A DNA stretch of 63,546 nucleotides, filler included, from Deltaproteobacteria bacterium (GCA_030698575.1; 7 parts of 7 records of this genome joined end to end with filler, not necessarily neighbours in it), one strand, 5' to 3'. Shown: positions 45,107 to 57,738, numbered from the whole stretch's first letter. Numbers and translations: made by a program. Notes: generated from the letters alone by a model not told the origin.

Positions 45107-45240
45107 AGCCGCATAATCGCAGAAGGAAGACGACGCACGGCTTCCGCAAGCGCATGAGCACGGCAGCCGGACGGGCTGTGTTGAAGCGAAGGCGGGCCAA
45201 GGGACGCAAGCGGCTCACCGTTCGTGTCGCCAAGAAGTAG
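45107..45240 (+). CDS. rpmH: 50S ribosomal protein L34, 5' truncated
   Basis: Manual translation [38 protein letters not shown]. Confidence 0.95.
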
Positions 45241-45655
45241 CACCAACGGTGTTTCGGCGGAACCGCCGGGGCGCGGCGCGAAATCGCGCGCCCGGAAGCA
45301 CGGGCTTCCGAAGGATGAGCGGCTGCTCCTGAGTGGTGACTACCGGCGGGCCTCCGCCAGAGGGGCGCGGCGGACCTCGCCCCACTTCATCGTCTACCTC
45401 GCCCACAACCAGCTCGGACGCCGTCGCCTTGGAATCACCGCGAGTCGGAAGGTGGGGAACGCCGTCGTTCGAAATCGAATTAAAAGGCTCCTCCGCGAAT
45501 ACTTCCGGACCGCCAAGGATCGACTCCCCCCATCCCGCGACTTCGTCATCATCGCGAAACGGGCTCTGGGCCCCATGACGCAGCGGGAGGTTTCCCGCGA
45601 GATGGATCGTGCCCTCGGTGCGCTGCGCGGGGACCCGCGGGACGACGATCGGTGA
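45224..45655 (+). CDS. rnpA: Ribonuclease P protein component (start uncertain)
   Basis: [25 protein letters not shown] (RNR motif), DFVIIA. Confidence 0.92.
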   Translation: MSPRSSTNGVSAEPPGRGAKSRARKHGLPKDERLLLSGDYRRASARGARRTSPHFIVYLAHNQLGRRRLGITASRKVGNAVVRNRIKRLLREYFRTAKDRLPPSRDFVIIAKRALGPMTQREVSREMDRALGALRGDPRDDDR

Positions 45656-45665
45656 GAAACGAAGG

Positions 45666-45959
45666 GTGAGAAAGGCCAACCTCATGCTGCGCGCCCCGCT
45701 CATCGCGGCCATCCGGGCCTATCAGTGGCTGCTCCGGCCGCTTTCCCCCCCGTCCTGTCGATTTCACCCGACTTGCTCCGAGTACGCCCTGGACGCCATC
45801 CGGCTCGAGGGCGCGGGGAAGGGGTTTTTCCTGACGTTGCACCGCATCCTGCGATGCCATCCCTGGAACCCCGGCGGCTTTGACCCGGTTCTCTCCAGCC
45901 CCGTCCCGGCGGAACGCGCCCTATCCCCTCGCCCTCGTCAGGGCGGGGTGGTTCGATAG
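45666..45959 (+). CDS. yidD: Membrane protein insertion efficiency factor YidD
   Basis: YQ...[28 protein letters not shown]. Start at 45666 or 45684. Confidence 0.9.
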   Translation: MRKANLMLRAPLIAAIRAYQWLLRPLSPPSCRFHPTCSEYALDAIRLEGAGKGFFLTLHRILRCHPWNPGGFDPVLSSPVPAERALSPRPRQGGVVR

Positions 45960-45971
45960 GGCGGGCCCGGC

Positions 45972-47582
45972 ATGGACAGGCGCGCCCTGCTGGCCACCAT
46001 CCTCACGCTGACCGTCTGGCTCGGTTACCTCGAATACACGCGACGCACGGCGCCCCCCCCGCCGCCGCCCGGAACACAGACCGCAACGGGCAAAGCGGAT
46101 TCGCAGGCCCCGACAGCCGAAGCCCCCGCCGACGCACCCGCTCCGGAGCCCGCCGACACGGGGCCTTCCGGCGCGCCGCCCCCGGCTCTCACCGCGGCGC
46201 CCGAGGCGCCGGAGAAAGCGTTTGTCTACGAGAACTCGCTCTACCGCGCCGAGTTCACCAATCGCGGCGGCCGGCTCCGGAGTCTCCAGCTGAAGCGCTA
46301 TGCGCAGACGCTCGACGCTGACAGCCCGCGGGTGCAACTGGTGAGCGGTTCCGCCGCCGAAAGTTCGGCGCTCGGAGTTTCCCTGGACGCCGGGCGGCCG
46401 ATCGATCTGGAACACGTCACCTTCGAAGCATTTCAGGAACCAGAGAGCCTGACCTTCAGAACCACCCTTGCAGGCGGTCTGGCCGTGACAAAGCGGCTGC
46501 GGTTCCGCCCCGACACTTATCTATTCAGCATGGAGGTGAGCCTCCACAACGGGACCGGGCGGGAGCTTCCGCTCGGCTTGGGTGTTCTCTGGCGAAGCGA
46601 GTTGAACGGGGAGAACGGTGATCGCTTCTCGGGCCACGCGGGTCCGATCGCGCTGGCCGGGACATCGGTCGAGCGCGAAGACCTGAACAAGCTCGAGGGG
46701 GAGGAGCTGCTGGAAGGGCCCATCCTCTGGGCGGGCTTCGAGACGAAGTATTTCATCGCCGCCCTCGCGCCCGACCAGCCCGACCGGGCGCGCGTTCGCG
46801 TCTGGAAACCCGACGAGAAGTCGGCCGCCAGCGCGGTTTACTTCCCCCCCACGCCGGTCCCGACTGGGGCGTCAACCAGCCAGACCGTGCAGATTTACGG
46901 CGGCCCGAAGGTCATCGAGGATCTGAAGGCCGTGGGGGTGGGGCTGGAACAGGCGGTGGATTTCGGCTTCTTCGCGGTCCTCGCCAAGCCGCTCCTCTGG
47001 ATTCTGAACTTCTTCGAACGGTTCGTCGGGAACTACGGTGTGGCCATCATCCTGCTCACCTGTCTCATCCGCATCGCCTTCTTCCCGCTCGCCACGAAGC
47101 AGTTCCGCTCGATGAAGGAGATGCAGCGCTTGCAGCCGCTGCTCCAGGAACTGCGTGAAAAATACAAGGAGGATCGGGAGCGCCTGAACCAGGAGACAAT
47201 GCAGCTGTTCCGCACCCACAAGGTCAATCCACTGGGGGGGTGCCTTCCCATCGTGGTGCAGATCCCTGTTTTCTTCGCCCTCTACCAGGCGCTGCTGAAC
47301 TCCATCGCGCTTCGCCAGGCACCTTTCATGCTGTGGCTGAAGGACCTCTCGGCGCCGGATCCGACCTACATCGCCCCCATCCTGATGACGGGCTCGATGT
47401 TCCTGCAGCAGAAAATGGCTCCCCCCGCCGGGGACCCCACCCAGCAGAAAATCATGATGATGATGCCGCTCGTCTTCGGCGTCATGTTCCTTAATTTCCC
47501 GTCGGGGTTGGTGCTATACTGGCTCGCCAACAATCTTCTGGCGATCGCCCAGCAATGGTGGATCAACCGTCGTTTCGCTTGA
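45972..47582 (+). CDS. yidC: Membrane protein insertase YidC
   Basis: GNYGVAIILLT, NPLGGCLP, QIPVFFALY, DLSAPDP, SGLVLYW. Confidence 0.97.
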   Translation: MDRRALLATILTLTVWLGYLEYTRRTAPPPPPPGTQTATGKADSQAPTAEAPADAPAPEPADTGPSGAPPPALTAAPEAPEKAFVYENSLYRAEFTNRGGRLRSLQLKRYAQTLDADSPRVQLVSGSAAESSALGVSLDAGRPIDLEHVTFEAFQEPESLTFRTTLAGGLAVTKRLRFRPDTYLFSMEVSLHNGTGRELPLGLGVLWRSELNGENGDRFSGHAGPIALAGTSVEREDLNKLEGEELLEGPILWAGFETKYFIAALAPDQPDRARVRVWKPDEKSAASAVYFPPTPVPTGASTSQTVQIYGGPKVIEDLKAVGVGLEQAVDFGFFAVLAKPLLWILNFFERFVGNYGVAIILLTCLIRIAFFPLATKQFRSMKEMQRLQPLLQELREKYKEDRERLNQETMQLFRTHKVNPLGGCLPIVVQIPVFFALYQALLNSIALRQAPFMLWLKDLSAPDPTYIAPILMTGSMFLQQKMAPPAGDPTQQKIMMMMPLVFGVMFLNFPSGLVLYWLANNLLAIAQQWWINRRFA

Positions 47583-47701
47583 CCTGCGCGCCCCTTCTTC
47601 CTCGCAATGAAGCTCCTGAGCAAAGAAGGTCCCGAGCAAAGAAGCTTCTGACAGCCGTGCGGATAGGAAACTCACGAACCGATCGACCAAAGGATCTGCC
47701 A

Positions 47702-48583
47702 ATGGATCTCAAGGAATTCTCCGGTAAAACGGTGGCGGAGGCGCTCGAGAAGGCGGAGGCTTACTACGGCCTCACGAAGGACGACCTGAAGGTAAAGGTC
47801 GTCGCCGACGAGGCCTCAGGGCAGTACAGCATCGGCATGGAGCGCCGCGCGGTCATCGTCGCGCGTCCTACGCCCGAGGCGGAAGGCCGAGCCACTATCG
47901 CTCCCCCGCCGCCTGCGCCGGCCTACGAGCGGCCGACGAGATCCGGGCGGCCGGAGCGAGGAGGCGCGCGTTCAGATCGGCGTGAGCGACCCGGGCGGCC
48001 GGCCCGTTCCCAGGGAGGGCGGGACGAACGTTCAGCCCCTGCGCGGGAAGCAGCCGGGGAGGCACTCTACGCGCCCCAGCGGGCCGCGGAGGGGCCCGGG
48101 GCAGCGGAGCGTGGTCCCAGTACCGAATCCTCGAAGCGGGCCCGTGCCATCCTGGAGGGCCTGCTCGCACTGCTCCCTCTCGAGGGGGATGTCGAGGTGC
48201 AGGACTGTGAATCCCCCGACGTGATCGAACTCGCCGTCAGTTCCGATTCCGAGGGTTTCCTTCTGGGTGAGGGGGGCGAGGTCCTCGCTGCCCTGACTTA
48301 CCTGCTCAACCGCATGGTCAACAAGGACCTCCGCAACACCAAGCGAATCGCCATCGAAGCGGAGGGTTACCGGAGCGATCACGTGGCCTCGCTCGAGCAC
48401 ATGGCCCGCGAGCAGGCTGATAAGGTGCGCGCTAGCGGCGAGGCGGCGCAACTCGAACCAATGAACTCCTACGACCGGCGCATCGTGCATCTCTCGCTCA
48501 AGGGGGCGCCGGGTATCATCACCGAGAGCGAGGGCGAGGGGCCCTACAAACGCCTCGTCATCCGCCCTGCCCCCAAGGACTAA
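47702..48583 (+). CDS. jag: Jag/EloR/KhpB RNA-binding protein (Jag_N, KH, R3H)
   Basis: GKTVAEAL, KH segment LLGEGGEVLAAL, R3H LEPMNSYDRRIVH..TESEGEGP. Confidence 0.9.
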   Translation: MDLKEFSGKTVAEALEKAEAYYGLTKDDLKVKVVADEASGQYSIGMERRAVIVARPTPEAEGRATIAPPPPAPAYERPTRSGRPERGGARSDRRERPGRPARSQGGRDERSAPAREAAGEALYAPQRAAEGPGAAERGPSTESSKRARAILEGLLALLPLEGDVEVQDCESPDVIELAVSSDSEGFLLGEGGEVLAALTYLLNRMVNKDLRNTKRIAIEAEGYRSDHVASLEHMAREQADKVRASGEAAQLEPMNSYDRRIVHLSLKGAPGIITESEGEGPYKRLVIRPAPKD

Positions 48584-48831
48584 CTCCCGCAAGGACATCG
48601 ACCGAACCAGCGCGCGCGGCCGCCGACCAGGGCAGGGCCGGCGCTCGGCGGAGATTGCTTGCACCGGCCCTACACAAGATAGTGTAGTCCGGAGAGCAGG
48701 AGAGGAGCGCAGGAGAGCAAAATGGCGGTGAGGGCGAGGGCGCCGGGCGCAGGACACGGCGCTGACCCGGCTGGACTGGCTGGGATGGAGCTGCCCGACG
48801 CTTGACGCGTGGGGATCGGACGACGAAAATC

Positions 48832-48847
48832 GGTTTCACGTGAAACC
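48832..48847. promoter_or_regulatory. parS site 1
   Basis: Perfect 16-bp palindrome GGTTTCACGTGAAACC matching the parS core GTTTCACGTGAAAC, near parAB. Confidence 0.85.
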
Positions 48848-48897
48848 TTTCGGGGCCGAGACTCGCGCGCGCACGCGGGCCAGGGGCCAGGGAAGTC

Positions 48898-49587
48898 ATG
48901 CCTGAAATCCCGAGCGTACTGACGGACGCCGAATGGGCCGACTTCCAGGCCTGGTGCGCGGCGCTCACAATTCCCGTCTCCCCGGCGCTGCGGGAAAACC
49001 TCGGCCGCTACCGCGCGCTCCTCCTCGACTGGAACACGCGGGTCAATCTGACCCGCGTGGGAAACCCTCGCGCCGTGCTCATCAAGCACTTCCTCGACTC
49101 GCTCGCCGTGCTCCCCCATCTCGATTTCGAGGGTCCGCTTCTCGATGTCGGCAGCGGCGCCGGCTTGCCCGGCCTGGTGCTGAAGCTTGCCCGACCCGGC
49201 CTCCCTGTGACGCTTGTCGAGGCTCGGGCGAAGAAGGTGGCGTTCCTCGAGGAAGCCCGCCGTAGGCTCGGCGTATCCGGTCTGACCATTCTCCACCAGC
49301 ATCTGGAACCGGCCGATCCGGCTCTCGGCGGCCGATTCGGTACCGTGGTCTCCCGGGCCTTTACCGCTCCGGCGCCCTTCCTGGTGCTGGCGCGCGGTTT
49401 TCTCGCCTCCCGGGGCCGGGTTATCGCCATGATGGGCCCGCCGCGGCCGGGCGAGCCCGACCCGGCCCAGACCGCCCGGGAGCAAGGCGCGGGTCGGGCC
49501 GAGGTCGTGGCTTTCTCTCTTCCGGAAGGGGCGGGCGACCGGCGGTTGCTGGTGGCCGAATGGATCCCGGCGGCAGGTTCCACGTGA
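48898..49587 (+). CDS. rsmG: 16S rRNA m7G527 methyltransferase RsmG (GidB)
   Basis: WNTRVNLT, KHFLDSL, LDVGSGAGLPG, KKVAFL, SRAF. Confidence 0.93.
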   Translation: MPEIPSVLTDAEWADFQAWCAALTIPVSPALRENLGRYRALLLDWNTRVNLTRVGNPRAVLIKHFLDSLAVLPHLDFEGPLLDVGSGAGLPGLVLKLARPGLPVTLVEARAKKVAFLEEARRRLGVSGLTILHQHLEPADPALGGRFGTVVSRAFTAPAPFLVLARGFLASRGRVIAMMGPPRPGEPDPAQTAREQGAGRAEVVAFSLPEGAGDRRLLVAEWIPAAGST

Positions 49588-49591
49588 AACA
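49576..49591. promoter_or_regulatory. parS site 2, overlapping the rsmG stop codon
   Basis: GGTTCCACGTGAAACA. Confidence 0.85.
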
Positions 49592-49760
49592 TCGCATTCT
49601 TTCCCCATCCCGGGTCTTTTTGCTTGCATCCCCCGGGGCGCGCTCCCATAATGCACGGCGTCGTCGGGGGGCGGCTCCCGGGCGGACCCGCCCTGGTTTT
49701 TCCTCCCTCGGTTTCTCCATCGGCGGCACACAAATTCTCTAGTAGAATCAGTAGGTTACA

Positions 49761-50531
49761 ATGGCCCGAGTCCTCGCCGTCACGAATCAGAAGGGCGGTG
49801 TCGGGAAGACGACCACCGCCGTCAATCTCGGCGCGTCGCTGGCCGTGAACCAGAAGCGCACCCTGCTGATCGATCTCGATCCCCAGGGAAACGCCTCGAC
49901 CGGGGTCGGCGCAACCGCGCCGGCGGAGGGGCGGAGCATCTACGACGTTCTCATCGGGGATCTGAAGATCACCGAGGTCGTGCAGAAAACCGAGGTGGCC
50001 TCCCTCGAGGTCGTCCCCTCGAGCGCGGATCTGGCGGGTGCGGAGGTGGAACTGGTCGGGATGCTCGCGCGGGAGAAGCGCCTGGCGGGCGCGCTGCGCG
50101 ATGCGGTCGAGGGGTACGACTATGTTCTCATCGACTGTCCTCCCTCGCTCGGGCTGCTGACGGTGAATGCGCTCACGGCCGCCGACGCCATGCTCGTGCC
50201 GCTCCAGTGCGAGTACTACGCCCTCGAGGGGCTCGCGCGGCTCTTCCGCACGGCGGATCTCATTCGGGAAGCACTCAATCCGCAGCTCGGCGTCGCAGGG
50301 ATCGTCCTGACCATGGTGGATATGCGGAACAACCTCGCCCAGCAGGTCGCCCTGGAGGTGCGCAAGCACTTCCCGCAGTACGTCTTCGAGACCACCATTC
50401 CGCGCAACGTCCGGCTGAGCGAGGCGCCGAGCCATGGGAAGCCCATCCTTCTCTACGATGTGCATTCACGCGGTGCGCTTAGCTATCTCGATCTGGCCCG
50501 CGAGTTTCTCGGACGGGAGGGAACAAGCTGA
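49761..50531 (+). CDS. parA: Chromosome partitioning ATPase ParA/Soj
   Basis: NQKGGVGKTT, IDLDPQGNAS, IDCPPSLG, PLQCEYYALEG, IPRNVRLSEAPSHG. Confidence 0.97.
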   Translation: MARVLAVTNQKGGVGKTTTAVNLGASLAVNQKRTLLIDLDPQGNASTGVGATAPAEGRSIYDVLIGDLKITEVVQKTEVASLEVVPSSADLAGAEVELVGMLAREKRLAGALRDAVEGYDYVLIDCPPSLGLLTVNALTAADAMLVPLQCEYYALEGLARLFRTADLIREALNPQLGVAGIVLTMVDMRNNLAQQVALEVRKHFPQYVFETTIPRNVRLSEAPSHGKPILLYDVHSRGALSYLDLAREFLGREGTS

Positions 50532-51376
50532 TGGCTGAACGACAGGCCCTGGGACGCGGGCTCTCGGCGCTCATCAGCCGCCCCGAGCGGGCGCCGGGCG
50601 AGACACGCGCCATCCCCCTCGACGAGATACACAAGAATGTGTTGCAGCCGCGAAAGCGGTTCGTCGACGCGGCGATAGCCGAACTGGCCGCGTCGATCCG
50701 GGAGAAAGGCGTTCTGCAGCCCATTGTTGTGCGGCGGGCCGCGCAGGGGGGCTACGAGATTATCGTCGGGGAGCGGCGGTGGCGCGCCGCGCGCGAGGCG
50801 GGGATGGACGCCATCCCGGCCATCGTTCGCGAGGCCTCCGACCGGGAATCGCTCGAGCTGGCCCTCGTGGAGAACATCCAGCGGGAGGACCTGAACCCTA
50901 TCGAGCAAGCGCAGGCGTTCCGCGCGCTCATGGAGTTGAATGGGCTCACCCAGGAAGATCTCGCCACCCGGGTTGGCAAGGACCGGACGACCATCACGAA
51001 CGTCCTGCGCCTGCTGGCGCTTCCGCCGGAGATCCAGGAAGATCTTTCCGAAGGGCGGCTGACAATGGGCCACGGGCGGGCCCTGCTCGGATGCGCGAAC
51101 GCGGCGCACCAGCGCGCCCTGCGCGATCGCATTCTCCGGCAGGGGCTGTCGGTCCGGGAGGTGGAGCGCCTCGCCCTCGAGGGGCCGGACGGAGGGGCCC
51201 GGCGCACCCGCGCGCGCGCCACGGGCGACAGCACGCTCAAGGCGCTCGAAGCAGATCTGCAGAGCCGATTCCAGACGCCGGTAACGCTGCGGCGGCGGGG
51301 AAAAAGAGGCACGATCGAGATCAAGTTCTACAACGATGAGGATCTCGACCGTATCGTTCGCCTGATCCTGGGGTGA
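50531..51376 (+). CDS. parB: Chromosome partitioning protein ParB/Spo0J
   Basis: ALGRGLSALI, QPR, GVLQPI, GERRWRA, ENIQREDLNPIE, HTH. Confidence 0.97.
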   Translation: MAERQALGRGLSALISRPERAPGETRAIPLDEIHKNVLQPRKRFVDAAIAELAASIREKGVLQPIVVRRAAQGGYEIIVGERRWRAAREAGMDAIPAIVREASDRESLELALVENIQREDLNPIEQAQAFRALMELNGLTQEDLATRVGKDRTTITNVLRLLALPPEIQEDLSEGRLTMGHGRALLGCANAAHQRALRDRILRQGLSVREVERLALEGPDGGARRTRARATGDSTLKALEADLQSRFQTPVTLRRRGKRGTIEIKFYNDEDLDRIVRLILG

Positions 51377-51519
51377 AACTCGGGGGTGGGCGGCCGTGCG
51401 CGGCTTCCGGCCGGGCGCGCGAAGGCGATCGAGTGAGCGCTTGTTTTTGTTACGGAGCCCGGGCGCGGGCAACGGGCGCCCCGGCGGATGGCCCACGTTG
51501 CAACCTTGAGGACAGAGGC

Positions 51520-52050
51520 ATGTGGAAGGACATTTTTTCGAACACCCAGACGGAAAAAGAGGAGGAGCAGGGCATGCTCGAGGACTTCAAGAAGCCGCGC
51601 GCGTCGCGCATCGATGAGGATGTCACCGTCCGGGGGGGAGGCGAGACCGTGAGCGTGAATTCCTTCCTGGACAAGGGGACCGAGTTCGAGGGAAAGCTCG
51701 CCTTCGAGGGGGCGGTCCGGATCAACGGCCGCTTCTCCGGCGAGATTTTCTCTGAGGGGACCCTCTACGTGGGAGATAGCGGCTCGGTGAACGCCGAGAT
51801 CCAGGTGAACACCGCCATCATCAGCGGCGAGGTCACCGGCAACGTCGGCGCGAGCACGAAGGTGGAACTCCAGCGGTCGGCACGCCTCCGGGGCAACATC
51901 CGCACGAAGACGCTGAAAATCGAGGAAGGGGCGATCTTCGAGGGGAACTGTCAGATGAAGCAGGAGGAGGAGCCGGTCCGGAAGCCCGCCCGGAAGGAGC
52001 CCCTGGAGGTACCGGTGGAATCGCCGCCGAAAGGGCTCGAACTGAGCTGA
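51520..52050 (+). CDS. Bactofilin (polymer-forming cytoskeletal protein), BacM-like position
   Basis: FLDKGTEFEGKL.FEG.VRING.F.GEI..EG.L..G..V.AEI...IISGEV.GNV beta-helix; IEEGAIFEGNC. Confidence 0.9.
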   Translation: MWKDIFSNTQTEKEEEQGMLEDFKKPRASRIDEDVTVRGGGETVSVNSFLDKGTEFEGKLAFEGAVRINGRFSGEIFSEGTLYVGDSGSVNAEIQVNTAIISGEVTGNVGASTKVELQRSARLRGNIRTKTLKIEEGAIFEGNCQMKQEEEPVRKPARKEPLEVPVESPPKGLELS

Positions 52051-52068
52051 TCGACGGGGCCGGCGGGG

Positions 52069-52097
52069 TTGACGCTCCGCAGCACCTATGTTAAAAA
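52069..52097 (+). promoter_or_regulatory. Candidate sigma70 promoter of the atp operon
   Basis: TTGACG-17nt-TAAAAA with extended TG. Confidence 0.5.
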
Positions 52098-52251
52098 TCC
52101 CGCTCATTTCGCCAAACTATGGGCGGCCAGGCTTCACACAAGCGGCGCCGGACCTTCCGTTCGTTGCAAGCCCCAGGCTCGCCAAGGCTCTCCATCGGAT
52201 CCTTCGCGGGATCCGCACTCCAAATCATATAGCCGTGCGAAGGGTTTCTCC

Positions 52252-52686
52252 GTGTTGCAGATCCTCCCGGACCTGACGCTTCTGATCCAGATCGCGCTTT
52301 TCCTGGTCTTCATCTGGGTGATGAACCGGCTGCTGTTTCGTCCCACGATGGAAGTTCTCGAGGAGCGAGACCGCCAGATCGCGGGGAGCCGCGAGAAGGC
52401 AGTCGATTTGGAGGCGCGTGTCAGCGAGGCCATCGCCTCCTACGAGGCCCGCATTCGTGAGGCGCGGGCCGAAGGGGAGCGCGAGCGGGTGCAGCTTGCA
52501 CAGGAGGCCGCGCAAGAAGAGGCCCGCATCGCCGCCGAAGGACGCACCCGGGCGGCGCAGGCTACGGAGAAGATTCGCGCCGAGATTGTCCGCGAGACCA
52601 CGGTCGCGAGCGGGGAGCTCGAAGGGCAGGCGCGGGAGTTCGCCGCGCTGATCGCCGAGCGGGCGCTCGGGCGGAGGGTCGCGTGA
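52252..52686 (+). CDS. F0 ATP synthase subunit b'
   Basis: PDLTLLIQ..LFL...MNRLLFRP...LEER, then a charged helix. Confidence 0.9.
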   Translation: MLQILPDLTLLIQIALFLVFIWVMNRLLFRPTMEVLEERDRQIAGSREKAVDLEARVSEAIASYEARIREARAEGERERVQLAQEAAQEEARIAAEGRTRAAQATEKIRAEIVRETTVASGELEGQAREFAALIAERALGRRVA

Positions 52687-53258
52687 AGGCGCACTTCACC
52701 CCCTCGATCGGCGCGCTGACCGTCATGGCGATCATTCTCGCGCCCACCATCGCCCTCGCGTCGGAAGCAGGCGAGGCAAGCGCGCTCGCTTCGGCTCTCT
52801 GGCACCTCGCGAACCTCGTCATCTTCCTCGCCTTGCTCATCTGGCTCGCCGGCCCGCGGCTACGCGCATACCTTTTCCAGCGACGCAAGGAAATCGAGGG
52901 ACAGCTCAATGAGGCGCGCCGCCTCAGGGCGGAGGCCGAGGCGCGCGATGCCGAGTGGCGGGGCAAGCTCGACGGACTCCAGGCCGATGCGGCGCGGATC
53001 ACGACCGAGGCCCGGGAGCTGGGGCGCCTCGAGCGCGAGAAGATTCTCGCCCAGGCGCGCGAGCAGGCTGAACGGATCCAGCAGGATGCAGAGCGCACCG
53101 CAAGCCACGAGATGGCCAGGGCGCGGACGGAACTTCGGGAGGAAGCTGTCCGTCTGGCCATGAAGCTAGCCGCGCGGATGGTGCGCGAAAACGTCAATGA
53201 GGAAGACCAGAAACGTCTCGTCGAGGAGTACCTCCGGAGCGTGGGACGGACAACATGA
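52683..53258 (+). CDS. atpF: F0 ATP synthase subunit b
   Basis: N-terminal extension, TM segment W..ANLVIF, long coiled coil, DQKRLVEEY. Confidence 0.88.
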   Translation: MKAHFTPSIGALTVMAIILAPTIALASEAGEASALASALWHLANLVIFLALLIWLAGPRLRAYLFQRRKEIEGQLNEARRLRAEAEARDAEWRGKLDGLQADAARITTEARELGRLEREKILAQAREQAERIQQDAERTASHEMARARTELREEAVRLAMKLAARMVRENVNEEDQKRLVEEYLRSVGRTT

Positions 53259-53803
53259 TCAGCGGCGTGGTGGCCAGGCGGTACGCAAAAGCGCTGTTCG
53301 ATCTCGCGGTCGAGCAGGGGAACGTGGAGCCCGTGAGCGACGAGTTCGCGCGGTTGCGCGGCACGCTCGAAGAGGCGCCGGAGCTGGGCGAGCTGCTCGC
53401 GAATCCGGCCTACACGCGGGCCGAGCGCAAGGCGATTGCGGACGAAGTTCTCCGCGGAGGGCTCGGACTTTCGGAGCCGATCAGGAATCTCGTCATGATC
53501 CTGATTGACAACGGCCGGGTCCGGGGAATTCCCGAGATCGCGGGCCGTTACAAGGAGATGGCGGACGAAGCCGCGGGGAGGGCGCAGGTCATCGTGAATA
53601 GCGCCTCCCCGGTTTCCGAGGCCGATCGCGCACGCCTCGCGGAGGGGCTTTCGCGGGTTACGGGAAAGAAGGTGACGGTGATGGTCGAGATCGACCCATC
53701 GCTCATCGGCGGACTGTCGGCTCGCGTGGGCGGTCTGGTTTTCGACGGGAGCATCCGGGCCCAGCTCGAGGCGCTGGAAGAAGAACTCAGGCGGGCGTCC
53801 TAG
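53255..53803 (+). CDS. atpH: F1 ATP synthase subunit delta
   Basis: VARRYAKALF, DPSLIGG, DGSIRAQL. Confidence 0.95.
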   Translation: MISGVVARRYAKALFDLAVEQGNVEPVSDEFARLRGTLEEAPELGELLANPAYTRAERKAIADEVLRGGLGLSEPIRNLVMILIDNGRVRGIPEIAGRYKEMADEAAGRAQVIVNSASPVSEADRARLAEGLSRVTGKKVTVMVEIDPSLIGGLSARVGGLVFDGSIRAQLEALEEELRRAS

Positions 53804-53815
53804 AGGAGATGTTTC

Positions 53816-55354
53816 ATGGCGATCAAGGCAAGCGAGATCAGCGAGCTCATCAAGAATCAGATCAAGGGCTACCAGCGCAAGGTCGAGGTGAGCGAGACAG
53901 GCGTGGTGCTCTCGGCGGGAGATGGTATCGCCCGTGTGCACGGCCTCGATCTGGTGCAGGCCGGCGAACTGGTGGAGTTCCCCGGCGGCGTTCTGGGACT
54001 GGTGTTGAATCTCGAGCAGGACAACGTGGGCGTGGCGATCATGGGCGAGGCCGCCCACATCAAAGAGGGGGACCTCGTCAAGCGGACCAAGCGCATCGCC
54101 TCGGTGCCGGTCGGAAAGGCGCTCGTGGGCCGCGTGGTCGACGCCCTGGGCCAGCCGCTCGATGATGGCGGCGAGATCGACTCTTCGGAACGGCGCCAGA
54201 TCGAGGTCAAGGCGCCCGGCATCGTGGAGCGGCAGCCTGTAAAGGAGCCGCTCCAGACAGGGCTCAAGGCCATCGATTCGATGGTGCCGATTGGTCGCGG
54301 TCAGCGCGAGCTGATCATCGGCGACCGGCAGACGGGGAAGACGGCCGTCGCCATCGACACGATCATCAACCAGAAGGGGCAAGACGTCTTCTGCATCTAC
54401 GTTGCTGTCGGGCAGAAGCAGTCGACGGTGGCGCAGGTGTGGGAGAAGCTTCGGCAGCACGGCGCGATGGACTACACCATCATCGTGGCCGCGACGGCCT
54501 CGGACCCCGCGCCGCTTCAGTTCATCGCCCCCTACTCCGGCGTCACGATGGGCGAATATTTCCGCGACAACGGCATGCACGCGCTCATCATCTACGACGA
54601 TCTCTCGAAGCACGCCGTGGCCTACCGGCAGCTTTCGCTCCTGCTGCGGCGTCCCCCGGGGCGCGAGGCCTACCCCGGCGACGTCTTCTACCTGCATTCG
54701 CGGCTTCTCGAGCGCGCAGCCAAGATGAGCAACGAAAAGGGGGGTGGCTCGCTCACGGCGCTCCCCATTATCGAGACCCAGGCCGGCGACGTTTCCGCCT
54801 ACATTCCCACCAATGTCATCTCCATCACCGACGGCCAGATCTACCTCGAGGCGGATCTTTTTTACTCGGGCGTGCGGCCGGCCATCAACGCCGGTCTCTC
54901 GGTGAGCCGGGTGGGAGGTGCGGCGCAGGTGAAGGCCATGAAGGAGGTCGCGGGCACTCTCCGGCTGGCGCTTGCCCAGTACCGCGAGATGGCGGCCTTC
55001 GCCCAGTTCGGGAGCGATCTCGACAAAGCCACCCAGGAGCAGATCGCGAACGGTGGGCGACTGACGGAGGTGCTCAAGCAGGGGCAGTACCAGCCCATGT
55101 CGATCTCGGACCAGATCGTTTCAATCTACGCGGCCACACCGAAGGCCGGGCGTGAGAAGACGTGGGTTCGCGATCTCCCGGCCGACCAGGTGCAGCGCTT
55201 CCTGGCCGAGATGCTCGACTACGTGAAATCGAAGCATCCGGAAATCCACCAGGAAATTACGGAGAAGAAAGCGCTCTCCGACGATCTCAAGGGAAAGATG
55301 GACGCCGCGCTCGACGAGTTCGCGGGAATCTTCCAGCCGGCAACCGGGAGCTGA
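53816..55354 (+). CDS. atpA: F1 ATP synthase subunit alpha
   Basis: [39 protein letters not shown]. Confidence 0.99.
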   Translation: MAIKASEISELIKNQIKGYQRKVEVSETGVVLSAGDGIARVHGLDLVQAGELVEFPGGVLGLVLNLEQDNVGVAIMGEAAHIKEGDLVKRTKRIASVPVGKALVGRVVDALGQPLDDGGEIDSSERRQIEVKAPGIVERQPVKEPLQTGLKAIDSMVPIGRGQRELIIGDRQTGKTAVAIDTIINQKGQDVFCIYVAVGQKQSTVAQVWEKLRQHGAMDYTIIVAATASDPAPLQFIAPYSGVTMGEYFRDNGMHALIIYDDLSKHAVAYRQLSLLLRRPPGREAYPGDVFYLHSRLLERAAKMSNEKGGGSLTALPIIETQAGDVSAYIPTNVISITDGQIYLEADLFYSGVRPAINAGLSVSRVGGAAQVKAMKEVAGTLRLALAQYREMAAFAQFGSDLDKATQEQIANGGRLTEVLKQGQYQPMSISDQIVSIYAATPKAGREKTWVRDLPADQVQRFLAEMLDYVKSKHPEIHQEITEKKALSDDLKGKMDAALDEFAGIFQPATGS

Positions 55355-55363
55355 GAGCACCGA

Positions 55364-57714
<2,351 letters not shown>

Positions 57715-57738
57715 TCGAAACGCAGGGAGGGGTTCAGC

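Noticed and set aside
49746..49758. IHF-like sequence AATCAGTAGGTTA before parA (similar AATCAAGTAGTTC near 10614)
   Set aside because: Each has a mismatch to the short, degenerate WATCAAnnnnTTR consensus; too weak without a PWM scan.
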